A stretch of DNA of 64,000 nucleotides from the NCBI GenBank assembly GCA_904063045.1, contig CAJFCJ010000003.1:62001-126000 (forward strand), written 5' to 3'. Positions 38,043-51,477 of the stretch are shown piece by piece. Positions within the stretch are counted from its first letter, which is position 1, and every line of letters begins with the position of its first letter. Source of the stretch: Dimorphilus gyrociliatus (lineage: Eukaryota > Animalia > Annelida). Under the pieces are notes generated by a model, which was not told the origin of the DNA, searched no databases, and saw nothing but the letters and a program-made list of their open reading frames with translations. The translations under genes were made by a program, and so were the position numbers.

Positions 38043-41037
38043 GGTGTACGTTCACATGTACAAGTGAAAGAGTTAAGGGAAACCAAATTCTTATTTGATT
38101 GAATTCATCTCACACTACGAGACTTTTATTCTAAATCTCAGTTGCAAAGGGAAAAAAACATTGCGTTGAAATTAAATTGCTTTCGAAAAGAGTAAATTGG
38201 TCAGTTTGTTTACAGACTTCTTTGATGAATTTTCTATATTAAAGGCTTACAAACTGGACAAAAGGCAAGATTTGTATTCTCACTTGATCTCTCATGATTT
38301 TTTTCTCCGTTTAGTTTCTCGTTTTAGTTTTCTTTATCGCCGATTCTAATTTTAGAGAAAAATTAAGAGATACAGAGAGGAAAGAGGGGAAAGAAGGAGA
38401 GACAGAAAGAGAGAATGAAAGCGGGAAATAGTCGCCTAAAATAATGAATATGTGTAACAAAAAAAAAATTACTTGTCGAGTGAAGCGAAGGGGAAAACTG
38501 AACTAGGAAAATGAAACAGGCAGGGGTAAGGCTAAGCTTATTTATTTACAAAACCTTACCAAAGTGCAAACATCAAAATTCGCGTCACTAAGAAGAGATT
38601 AAACCAAAAAATGGACTAGATTCGCAATGTCTCGTTCGAGTATTTTTAGTTGACGAAAGATGATAGAACGTGTTATAAGTCGTTTATGGGACTATATTAA
38701 GATATAAGTAATAGAGAGGGGCGAAGGAAAGGTGAAAAAGATAGAAAACTCTACTCGGGCGGGTAGCTTTGATAGAAAAAGAATGGTATTAGTGTATATA
38801 TCACGGAAAGTTTGCTATAGCATAAAAATTTGAAAGAAATCAATTATTTACTTGCTTGATTTCCATTCTAAGATTCTAATACCAGCACGAAAGTTTGATT
38901 TTATCGAAAGCGAAATGACGATGAGGATAGAGGGGTATCGAGCAGTGAGAGAGAGAGAGAGGCGCGCTGAAAGAACAAAGGTTACATTCTGATACCTGGA
39001 TACGTGGATGGATGCATGAATAGAAGGCGGATGGGTAGATGAATATATAGATCTAAAAAGATAGATAGATTGATAGATATGTAGAAATGTAGCTATATCG
39101 ATGGATAGATGAATAGATAAATTGAAAGATAGCCAGATGAATAGCTAGATAGGCATGCACATGGTGTAGAAGGTGGGAGAGGGGAGCCGGGTGGTTCTGT
39201 GAAAAAAAAATGAAAATAAGCAAAAAAAAAACAACAGGGAAAAGACATATATAGAAAGATAAATAGCTATAAAGGCTCATAAAGTTAAATGGTTCAAGAA
39301 AAAGAAATATATACCGTATAAAGTAGTTAATTATTTTCGTATTCCTTCAGAAATACTGATAATCACTTGGGAGGAAAGAGGGGAGAGAGAGAGACTACTT
39401 TTTAATAGAAAATCTACTGATCGTTTCATCCATTTTTTTTTGGCTAAAAGTCTAATAAACTATGATATTTGCCGCCACATTATTCATATTTACTCAACGC
39501 CCTAGTAATCATCAAAAATCGTCATCTTTTTTTTATATGAAACTTTTTTTTCTTTCCTTTTACCATTAACCTTTCCTCTTCCTTTGATTCTTTTCTTCCT
39601 TCCCTCTACCCTGCCTCCCTCCCTTCCTCTCCCTCCCTGTCCCCCTCTCTCTGCCCTTCTTCTTTGTCGATAATTGATATAGTTTCTGTTCTCTGCTAGT
39701 TAATTATTGTTTGTTAATAAATTTATAATTATTTGATTACTAGGAAATTTAACAAGGCGATCGATAGGCGCTTTTAAGAGTTTCGTTAATAATTGCCTAA
39801 AGATTTTCAATTATAAGAGATGCAAAGACGTAAAACGGTTCAATTGCAACATATATAATCATTACATTTCTACTTTATTATATTCTTTTATACAACTGTT
39901 ATTGTAAGATAATATACTGTATTAGATGATGTATAGACGCAATTTGTACCATCAGATAGCCGTGTATTTCGCAACATGTCGTCATTTTAGGAAAATCTAT
40001 TGCGTTATTATAGAATATTGTATATATTAAGCATACGGTAAATAAACCTTCCAATAGTATATACATTATACATATATACAAATAAACAAATACGAAAATC
40101 TCTGTTCTAATAGTCAGACATGGATTGTTATTTTAATACTAGGATATGCTAATGAGTCATTCAAACCAAGTATCGTTACGACTTTTTGACATAGCCCCGT
40201 AGACCTTTCACTTCCATTCCATTACGCGTTGACACCTCGCCAGAGACTAAGTGCAATTTAGGCGTATAAATGTGTCTGCGTGCATTATTTATCTCTTTTA
40301 ATCACCCTATGTTTCTCTATTTTAATATTAATATTATTCTTTTGCTAATCATGCTTTTATTAACTTGAACGACAAAACTTTCAATCGATCGATTAGTTGA
40401 TAAATCAATCAGTCAATCATTTAGCCAATCATTTATTCGTATCAGTCTGCAGAGTGAATAGTATAGTTGGAGGTGGAAAAGAAATATTAATTCCTTAATT
40501 TCCTCTCCTCATTCATTCGATTACAAAGGATAAAAGGGGTTAGAATTTAATAGTTGGTCAATAAATATGTTTGTTTATTTACTTGTTTGTGTTTTCAGTT
40601 GTTTTGTGTCTGGTTGCGTGCAATTTTGTTTCTTTCCTTTGCCCTCTTTTCCTTTCAGATTAATTGAAAGGGTTGTTGAGGCGAAAATGAAATTTATCTC
40701 TTAGGGAAAATGTTCCAGAAGAGAAATATCAGCTCCATTGAAAAAAGCACCACGTTCAAATTATCCCCTGTGCCACATGTTGGTATTACTAAATAGCAAA
40801 CACGTGTTAGATGTAATGATTAGTGATTTGCCAATAAAATTTATTAAACGAAAATACAGCTATTACGTAGGACTAAAAGAGGGAAGAAAGTTAAGGAGAG
40901 CAGTCTTTGTCGTCTTTTTCATTAAAAGCTAGGAAGAGAAAAGAAAGGTGATTGACTTTTTATTTACTTCTCTAAATAATTTAATGTTTTGTTTTCATTT
41001 ATATACCTTTCTTTCCATTTTCTTTTTTCGAAAGAGA

Positions 41038-41085
<48 letters not shown>

Positions 41086-41357
41086 AAGAGAAAGATTCAA
41101 AACTACAATCAAACTATAAAAGAATACTAGTGAATGGAACAAAGAAAATATTAATAGTGCCTGATATCTCTCTAAACATTGTTATACATATCTATTTATA
41201 CATTCAGTATATTCAGCCCGATTGAAGATGTTTATCGGCTTCATTTTCTACTTTTAACCATTCGAATACGAATATCTCTTTTTATAGTTTTTTAAGTTGA
41301 TTCTTCCACGAATCTATAAATAAAACATTGTTGTGTTTGGACACAGAGAACAAGACT

Positions 41358-42700
41358 ATGGCGAGTGAAAAAGTACCATTTTCCCTCGATGACATTGAGA
41401 AAGCAGCCAAGAAAAAAATGGAAAAGGATGTGGCTGATTATATTTATGGAGGTGCCGATCAACATCAAGGAGTCGTTAGAAATCAAAAAGTCATGAAAGA
41501 GTAAGATAATCATTTATTCTCTCTTTCCTATCTGATCCAGACTTTTTTGAGATATTGTTCCCCTCTCTCTCCTTCTCTTCCTCTTTATTACTTGCTATTG
41601 TATGTTTTATTCCTCTACACCTAGAATACTTCTAAATCCAAAAGTATGCGCTAATCTTTCTACCAGAGATTTATCAACGACCATCTTAGGCTATAAAATA
41701 TCAATGCCCATAGGCTTTTCACCCACTGGCTGCCGTGAGTGGGTGATAGATGACGGAGAAACCTATGCGGCAAAGTCGGCCGCTTCCTGGAATATACCAT
41801 TTAGCCTGAGTTCATTTACTGAGATACCTTTGGAAATGGTTAATGAAAGTATGAAAGAGTTTGGCGATCCCCTAAGAATAATGCAAATGAGTGTTTATCC
41901 AGAAGAAGCGATGACAAAGGAGATCATTAAGAGGGTGGAAAAATGCGGCTTTCAAGCTATTGTATTAACTCTTGATCATCCGGTGCACGGAAGGAGAAGC
42001 TTTGACGGTTCGGAAGGTGACGATCCATGGGAGGAAACTGGTCTACCTAATCTACCCGAAAAGCTATTGCTCGATTATGAAAAGTCAATAAGAGACGGTA
42101 CTTTGGAGGAAATCGAAACCAGCACCGAAAGTTGGCAGGATATTACGAAGATTAAAAGAATGACCAAATTGAAAGTAATAGCTAAAGGTATTGCCCGTCC
42201 AAACGACGCCTTGGAGGCTATAAAAGCAGGAGCCGACGCTATTTGGATATCGAATCACGGAGGAAGGCAATTGGGTGATGGTCCCGCCACAATCGATTGC
42301 CTTCGGCGAATAGCTCCAGTTGTCAAGCAGTTTGGGGTTGAAATATACATTGACGGAGGCTTCAGGAGCGGAAACGATGTATTAAAGGCTTTGGCTTTGG
42401 GTGCGAGGTGCATTTTTATTGGTAGGCCTGTTCTCAGTGCTCTGGCAGTCAAGGTGAGAAAGAGATATGTATATACTGTATTATATGTATCTACATATAT
42501 ACAGTTATATTTTATAATATCTATTGTATTATATGTAAAAGTAAAGGCTGGTTTTTCTTTTCTTCAAAACCAAAAAAAAACAGGGAGAAGAGGGGGTGAG
42601 TGATATGCTAAAGATTATGAAGAGGGAATTGGATATCTCAATGGCTCTCTGCGGCTGCAGGAATATCGAAGAAGTAAGCGAATCGATTCTTTGGACTTGA
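41358..42700 (+). CDS. FMN-dependent alpha-hydroxy-acid oxidase, copy 2, 362 aa
   Basis: Exons 41358-41500, 41625-42453, 42584-42700, same intron positions as copy 1. ISNHGGRQL, YIDGGFRSG, IGRP. Ends ILWT*. Confidence 0.93.
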
Positions 42701-43772
42701 ATCTTCTACTACGTAGAAGAAATAGAGAATAGAATAAAAATGAGGTGAGGATGGAGAAGAGGAGAGAGAGAGAAAGACAGGTGATAATATTAAGGGAGAA
42801 GAAGAAAAAAAAAAGAGTAGGAAATTAAACGCAAAAGAAAAAGAAGAAAAAACTAAAAAATAGAAAATATAGTATCTTTATTCCTTCCAATAAAATATCA
42901 ATCATAAATATTCATAGATCAAATATTAATCTTGATAGATTATTCGTTAAATGTGATACTTAAAATATAAATCTTTTAATCGTAAAGAATAAGCGTAAGT
43001 AGTAAATACACCTATATTTATGCATACTCTCTACAATCTATATATATATATATATATAAAACAAGGGGCAAAAGAGTGAAAAGCTTTCTGCAGCTAGGAA
43101 GAAATTCTTTATTTTTACCTTGCAGAAGATCTTATCCAAACCTCATTATAACAATATCGTACTCGACGTTGTATTAGATGAGAGACTCGCTAGACGCCTA
43201 CTTATTCCCCAGTATTGAATCTGACCTCGAATGGAAGTTTGCCAGACAAACTAAGCCGGTTTTAAAAAGAGAGCGGAAATAAAAGAGTACATACAAACAT
43301 ACATAACATATAATACATATAGACTAATTGCTATTATGTATATATTTTACATATCAATATCAATGTCGCACTAATAGAATGTGAGGATTAATGTTTATCA
43401 TATAGAAAAAGCAATGAATAAAAAGGTTAACTTTCATCTGGATCAAGCATTTAGAATAAAAAAAGTAAAGAAAGTAATAAGAGAAACATTCGTTGTTGAA
43501 TGTAATGCTAAGCGTGCAAACTATAGATATACAGTATATATGGAGAAAAAAAAGCGAACCTATGAGAATCGATTCTTTGTATCTTTTGTACAAATTTAAA
43601 ATATTATTCTTCTACTAGAATCAAACTTTATTTTTCTCTTTAACAACTTTTTTCCCCTGTTTGCAATCTAAAGTCTTGCGGCGTAGCAGTTTACAGAATA
43701 AAGGCAGCGAGCAAAGAAAGAGTGAGCGAGTGAGTAAGTGTATGTGTATATAAATATATATAGATATAAATT

Positions 43773-43810
<38 letters not shown>

Positions 43811-45501
43811 CAGTATATATAATGTGTATATACGCGTGTGCGTATATGTGTATGAAAATAAAGAAAAGACAATGAGAATGGTATAAAATGCCTCCAAGAA
43901 TAATTTTAGTCTAAAGAGGAAGGGATTACAAGTTAAAACAAAAAAAAAGATTCACTTGACCTTGCTGTAATACGAAGAGTAGATAGTAGGTGTTACATAG
44001 ATTAGTGGAAAAGTAAAAATTGACAATAATAGATTTTAATTAATTTTCCTTGGAAAACGTCAATTAATAGCCTTGAAATAATTACCGCAGCATTCTCTTA
44101 ACGATAACGTCTTTCTCAATTCCTCTTTAATATTCGTTTAATTGTTTTCCCCCCTCCCAAAACAACTTTCTCTTTCTTCTTGTCATCGAAAAAGTAACTA
44201 CATCTCCATCTAGCGTATACTAAGGGAATGACGTATGATCAGCGTCGTCTGGTTGGAGAGGGTTTTTCAATAGAGAGAAAAACGAAAAGGACAAGGAATA
44301 AGGAAGAAAATGGAATAAGTAAGACGGAGAAGAAGAAGAAGAAGAAGGAGGAGAAGGAGGAGAAGGGAGAAAAGAGCAAGAGAAGGAAGGAGAGGCCGTA
44401 GGACGGAAAAATAAAACACAAAAGATGGAGAAAGAAAGAATGACGGAATAGAACGGAATCAAATAACAGTTATGTAGTATACAGTACAAGAAGAGATTGT
44501 ACATATGTGTGTATTATGTAAAAGGTAATTAAGCTTATATGTTCTTATTATCAAGCAAAAGAGAGAAAGAAAAAAAGAAAAAGAGTAATTTCTCGGAAGT
44601 AAACATATTTGGTTGAAAAAAAAAAGACTACAAACATTTTGCTAACAATAAGATATACAGTATATAAATATATTCTCTATTTTTTTCTCTTTTTGGCTCA
44701 CCTGTTCTCCCCGATACGCCTATTATCAATCGAATAAAACATTGACAAGCAGACAAAAAGAGAGAACTTAACTGTTTTTTTTATATTTGTAATTTAAGCC
44801 TACCACTCACATACACATTTATATATACTGTATATATACTAATATATTAGTATATATACATATATGTTAATACTTGGATGTTTAATTTTCATCATCCATT
44901 CGCCCTCACAATCAATATTCTATAAATGGGTACAACTCCATTACAAACGAAAGCATGGAAAAGAAACGACACCCTATTACTACCCCTATCTTTTATGTAA
45001 TCGTTCTCTTCGTCAATTCCCCCACCCATCTTCTTTGTTAAGAATTATTAGGAGGGGGCAAGCGCTATTATGGCTGCTTTCTTTTGTTCACAATAGAAAA
45101 GAGTCAACCGATACAATGTTCTACGTGAGTTACCAACACGTAGACGATAATCGATACTACGGGCAAAGAGGAGGTATGGGAGAGTGCGAACAGTAAAAGG
45201 AAGGAAGAAGGTATGGTTAGGCAAACCAACAATACATTAATACACGTGTTACAACTAATTAAAAAAACGTTATCATTCATCGCATCAGAATGTGGTAACC
45301 GCTTCATAAATTAACCTTTTAAAAGCTATTTATAAGCGACAGCAAATGAGGGAATGTATCTCACAATCAACACACGTGCCGCTATATGAGGGAAAACGTG
45401 TTCTTTATAAAATTCGATGGTTGCAGATTATACCTTTCACATCCAAATTTGCTTCAGGTCGGTAGACAACTACTTTTCCGCTTTATATTTCGCTTTTTCC
45501 C

Positions 45502-45541
<40 letters not shown>

Positions 45542-45639
45542 CTTTTCAGGTTCTACCCAATTTGAATACACCCAACTCTTCACTCCGGCGAAATATACTT
45601 TTTCATTAGAATTCTCTTAAAAGAAACGCAACAGTAAAA

Positions 45640-46905
45640 ATGGAAGAAACTCAATCATGCTTCTGCTTGGAAGAAATGGAGAAGATCGGACGTGAAAAAA
45701 TGGACAAGTCCGTTGCTAAATACATCTACGGCGGAGCTGATCAACACCAAGCCGTATCAAGAAATAGAGAGGCGATAAAAGAGTAAGTTTTAAAGTTTTC
45801 ACTTTTTTTCAAATACAATCTCTCCTATGATGGTAAAACGTATCTATAATTTCCGTTCTACCCTTGTAAAATAGGATTCTCTTGGCACCAAAAGTCTGCG
45901 CCGGTATCTCAAAGAGAGATCTCTCAACTACCATCCTCGGACAGAAAGTCGACATGCCTATCGGATTCTCTCCCACAATGTGCAGAGCCTGGATCACTGA
46001 CGAAGGTGAAATCTACGCAGCCATTGCCGCCGGCGAAGCTAACATCCCATTTGGCTTCAGTTCATTCACCGAAACATCTATCGAAGACGTTGGCGAATCG
46101 ATGGCTGATTTTGAAAATCCTTTGAAAATTATGCAAATGAGCATTTATCCTGAAAAGGAGATGACAATGGAAATTATCAAAAGAATTAAGAAAGCCGGAT
46201 TCCAAGCTATTGCTGTTACCGTTGATCATCCAGTTCACGGAAGAAGAGACTTTGACGGCGGTGACGACGAAGAACCAGAAATCTGGCAAGAAACTGGCCT
46301 ACCCAATTTCCCAAAAAAACTTCTCTACTTGCATGAAAAGGAAAAGAACAATAAAGACCCCGACGAGATTGAAACCACTCACGAAACTTGGCAGCAAATC
46401 ACTGATTTGAAAGAATGGAGCGGCTTAAAAGTCGTCGTCAAGGGTATTGCCCGACCAGAAGACGCCGAAGCAGCAATAAAGGCTGGAGCCGATGCTATAT
46501 GGGTATCAAATCACGGTGGTAGACAATTAGGAGATGGCCCAGCTACAATTGATTGCCTTAGAAAAATTGCACCAGTTGTGAAGAAGGCAGGAGTTGACTT
46601 GTACATCGACGGAGGATTCAGAACAGGATCCGATGTCCTTAAAGCTTTAGCTTTGGGAGCGAATGCCGTATTCATTGGAAGACCAGTTTTGAGCGCTATA
46701 GCTTATAACGTGAGTAAAAACAACAATTATTAGCTTTTCGTCCGTTTATCGGTTGCTTAACCAAACTTTTTTACAATTGAAACAATAGGGTTACGAGGGA
46801 GTAAAAGAAATGCTCGGTATCTTAAGAAAGGAATTAGACATTTCAATGGCTCTTTGCGGATGCAGTAAACTCTCAGACATCGACCAATCGATTCTATGGG
46901 AGTAA
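45640..46905 (+). CDS. FMN-dependent alpha-hydroxy-acid oxidase, copy 3, 364 aa
   Basis: Exons 45640-45782, 45875-46709, 46789-46905. VSNHGGRQL, YIDGGFRTG, IGRP. Ends ILWE*. Confidence 0.93.
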
Positions 46906-47773
46906 CCGAAAGAAGTACAAGAAAAAGAAGAAGAAGAGGAGGAGGAGGAGAAAGATGAAGTGGAGGAGAAGAACGAAGAGGAGGAGTAGAAATAGTAAAA
47001 AAAAAAGATAATCGAGAGATTTAGGAATAGATTAGGAAGAGAATTTAATGAAGATTTAAACCTAACCGAATTCAAAAATCAAAAGCCAAAATATAAAATT
47101 ACAAAAATAAAAACAACTGCAAAAGCAATTTATTAATAATATTAATATATAGTTAACTAATTAACGCAGCAAACACTATTTGAATGTTAACCATAAACAT
47201 TCTCTTCTTTTCCACCTGTTAGAATTTTTCTTTTCTTTCTTTCTTCCTTCTTTCTTCGTTTTCATACCCTCAGAGAAGAGGGCTTTCTGATTACTTACAC
47301 GTACTTGTTCCCTCTTCATCAGTCCTACTTCCGTTTTAAATTAGCCATGACCAATATCATATCAAGCTACAATTAAATTAAAGATGGCGCTACTAGTTTC
47401 AATATCTAATGAGGATTGTGGCGACGACGACTGATGAACAAAGTTTTTCATTTCAAGAGTAGCTAACATAAGCGAAGACTAAATGAGAGAGAGACAGAGA
47501 GGGAGGGAGGGAGGGAGGGAGGGAGGGAGGGAGAGAGAGAGAGAAAGAAAAGAAGGGTAGTACCGGAAATGAATAATAATACGATAGAGAGAAAGCGGAA
47601 TCAAATTAAAATTTGGATTTGTTGTTGTTATTGTTTTCGCTGCAGTGCTTTTAGAGTTGTAATTATTTCTTAATGAGAGAGAATTTTCCGGAAGAGTTTA
47701 GCATGTGGGCAAAACTGAAAAATAAGTTACGTACAAATGTCTTTTAATAGAGGGAAGAAAAATGAGAGAAAAT

Positions 47774-47823
<50 letters not shown>

Positions 47824-50800
47824 AGGAGAAGGAGGTGGAGGAGGAGGCGGATAGACTGCGGCTGTTAATCATGCAAATAGTGTAGACAGAAAAAAGAGAC
47901 AAAGAATTTAGACAGATATTTTTATCAAGTGTTTTTATAGTTTTTGAAGAGAAAATTTACGAATATCAAGTGGATTTTGAAATGTAAATAATCTTGTAAA
48001 TAGATGATTTAATGGCAGTTTGTTTATTTGCTTCTGTTGCTTCATTTTACTTGTTATCTTTATTGTTGTTTGTTGTTGTTATTGTTGATGTGGATGTTCT
48101 TTTCATTTTCCCTTTCTTTTCTTTCTACTTCACCTTCTTTTTCAGTTTCCGCCTGTTTTTCTTATTCTTCGTGTTCTTGTTCTTATTCTTCTTCTTTGTG
48201 AAAAAGAAAAGTTTTTAAGGAAAGATAACGAGAATCTTGTTGTGAAAAGTCTTTTGAAAAGGTTGTAATTAATAGGGAATCCTCGAAAGAACCGAGTGGC
48301 AACTGTTTACTTTCTATAATGTTCCTGTACCCATTGAAAAGCGTCATTAAACTGGAAGAAAGTTCAAACGATATAAAGGGGCTTATTTAGCCTAGTTGCC
48401 TTGCGAATGACCCAGTTTCAGTGCAAATTCGTGCTAGGATATTAAATTACAAATTTGTCGTTTACAAATATTTTATAGGAAAGGTTAAAGAAAAAAAATA
48501 TTACAAACAACAAAGAAAAACCGGAGTCAATAATTCCAACTTTTTTTCTTTATTATTATCTTTTATACAACATAACTTGAGAGTTTGTCCTCAGTCTCTT
48601 GTCTCACTCTCTCTCTACACCTGCCATAAAACCGACGGGAACACTTTTATTCATCAATTTAACACTTACCTAGTTGTTCTTCTCTTTCAACTTTTACATA
48701 TTATATACTGCCTATATGATAATGAATATGTACAAATATATATACTGTATATGTATACTTGAGGTGCAGGCAGCAAATGGGTGGATGGGTGTAGAGGGAA
48801 ATTCTATAAGCCCTGTAAAAGTCGTACAATTGTGTATAAAATGTACACGTTATATACGGTTAGAAAAGAGGGAAAAACGAAAAGAAAGGAACTGTTTGCA
48901 TACGAGTTATTTTTCTTCTTCTTTTCTTTCTTTTCTTTTTCTTTTTACTCTTTTCTTCGCTGTTTTCTTCAAACATTTAACCAATATAATAAGCTACAAC
49001 ACTGTAATTTTGACTATATACATCGTCTAAAGTATTATATACTCTCAATATAAACATTGCAAACAGTTTTTATCTTAGTCTCTTGTTTACTTTCTATAAT
49101 TAACATTGAACATTTAATAATTTCTCTAATCGCATTACATTTTCGCTTTTCTCTCAGTTAATCTTTTATATCTTTAATAGTATTTTACTAGTCTACAAAC
49201 ATTGATGTTTTTCCTTTTCCTCTCCCCTTCTTCCCTGTCTCTTTTTACCAATATTTTATCATTTTAATATCTCTTTCCCTCCATCCCCTCCTTCTCTCTC
49301 GGCCTTACTCCTCGGTAGTTCTCCACTGTATCCCTGTGGTATAATGTTTGCTTGTTTTTAATTATACTCATCGAAGGTGCGATAATGAATGTATAGATAA
49401 GTAAGCAGAGGCAGGGATTTTTTTAAAGTTCTGATTAAAGTAACAAAAGAGAGATAAGTAAAAAGTACTATACTGTTCTATTGTTGTTTCAAATGAAAAA
49501 AAAACCCTGCTTTGAAAGAATATTCAGGTTGTCTGAGGTTAATTTTTAGTAGTAATTCAAGGAGTTTTAAGGATATCCGTTTCCTATATGAACAAACGAT
49601 TGTCAATAATAATAAACATTCTACTCTTATTAAGACAATCACTTGTTCTTTATCATTTATACTATATATATATTTATATATACAATATATATTAGTTTCT
49701 TAGATATGCGCTTTAAAACAAATCTTGCTTTTCAATCATCTCTTTAATTAAAACTTTTTTAAATCGCTCTTTTTTCCATAAGTTACTTTAAATAAAAATT
49801 GTCAAGACGACACGAGACGAGACGGGTGGAGGGAGATGGAGAGATAGAGGGAAGGGGAAGCGGGTAAACTGTGTGTGTGTGTGTGTTTGAGTAAGAGAGT
49901 GAGAGACAATGACTTGTATATCGACGGTAAAGATGATGACAACGAGGAAGAATAAAGAGAGCATGAAAACAAATTAGTCAGTAACATCCTGCTGTGACAT
50001 TGCCAATCTTCAAACATGTACCTTATTAGGCATGTGGTAGCTATTCTCAACCATTGCCTGTGAAAATCATCGAATAAGACCAACTCAATACGACCATTAG
50101 TCAAGATTCTGTTGGAATGTTGGTAAGAGAACTAGAGAAATGTTGCAATAGTAATAAATATAGGCACAGATTTCTAGCCAAAGAGAAAGATGAAGAGAAC
50201 ACTTAATAAAATACAAATACTGTAGTTTGTTTTACTTTTTAATGTAATACATTAATAAACAATAGAACGTATATTGACTATCTATATATACTGTATATAT
50301 ATATATATATATAGATACATTTAGATTTTTATAATATACTACACGTACATACTGTACACTGTATGTCTTATGTTATATAGAATTATTCTTCAGAATTCTA
50401 ATCTTTCCTTGTACGAGAACATGTAATAACAATTATTAGACATGTAGAATACATATATACTGTATATCCTGTATATATATACTCTAGTATACAAATTTAA
50501 CAGCAACGCTTGAAACCGACACGGAAAGTTCAATAGTAGCCAAACAATACATACATGCATATATATACAGAAAATAGGATTTATACTTTGTAAAGGAGTT
50601 GGGACGAACGTAAGAGAAGATCGAAAGAAATTAAAAGTATTGCAAGTTTTACAAATTTACATATAGAAAATCATATACTCATTTCTTTTCCTTGCATTTT
50701 GTATATCTAACCAATTAAAAAACTAAAAGAAAGAAGAGAGAGAGAGAGAGAGAAAGAAAGAAAACAATGAAAAGCAAAATATATTTGTTTCCTTAACAAG

Positions 50801-51245
50801 TAACGATTGAGAAGAAATTTCTAATATACAAAGTCCTGTTAATTGATTATGAGAAAAAATTCAACGCTTTTCAAAGTTAAGCCGTTAAGCAGTTGTAATA
50901 ATTTTATTCTTATTCCTTTTCTTTTATTCATACTATCTTTAATCAACTTTTTAGCATAGGAAAAGCGAAAAAAAAGGAAAGGAAGGTAGAAAGTTTAGAG
51001 GTATAGTAAACTTAAGGAAGCATAGTAAAGGGATTTCACTCATTAAGCTACCTTGTTAATTTAGTTCAATAAAAGAGAACAAATAATAATTGTTTGTTTC
51101 TTCCTTTCTCACTTTCTCTCTATCTATATCTTTCTCTTCTTGTTTTTTGTTTTTACTTTCAGTCTGTTCGCCTGCCAGCTTTTATCTTTTTATTTAACAG
51201 TTACAGCAAATAATAATATACGTATTTCTCTTTCTCAGTCACCCA

Positions 51246-51276
<31 letters not shown>

Positions 51277-51477
51277 GTTTTCTATCTCTACAGCTATCTC
51301 TCTTTCTTTCTCTCTTTCGATATCCATCTAATTCTTAATTTTTAATGAAAATCGTTCTGAATCAGGAAATGTTTCTTTCGAATTTCACCTATTTACATTG
51401 ATATTAACATAAAATACGCCTATGATTAGATAAAAAAAAATTTAATCTCACAACAGTTCATTTTTAGTATCCTTGCC

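Noticed and set aside
49802-50120. Minus-strand ORF with a possible AG/GT-bounded exon (ILTNGRIELVLFDD...)
   Set aside because: No recognisable homology or partner exons; the tail runs into microsatellite.
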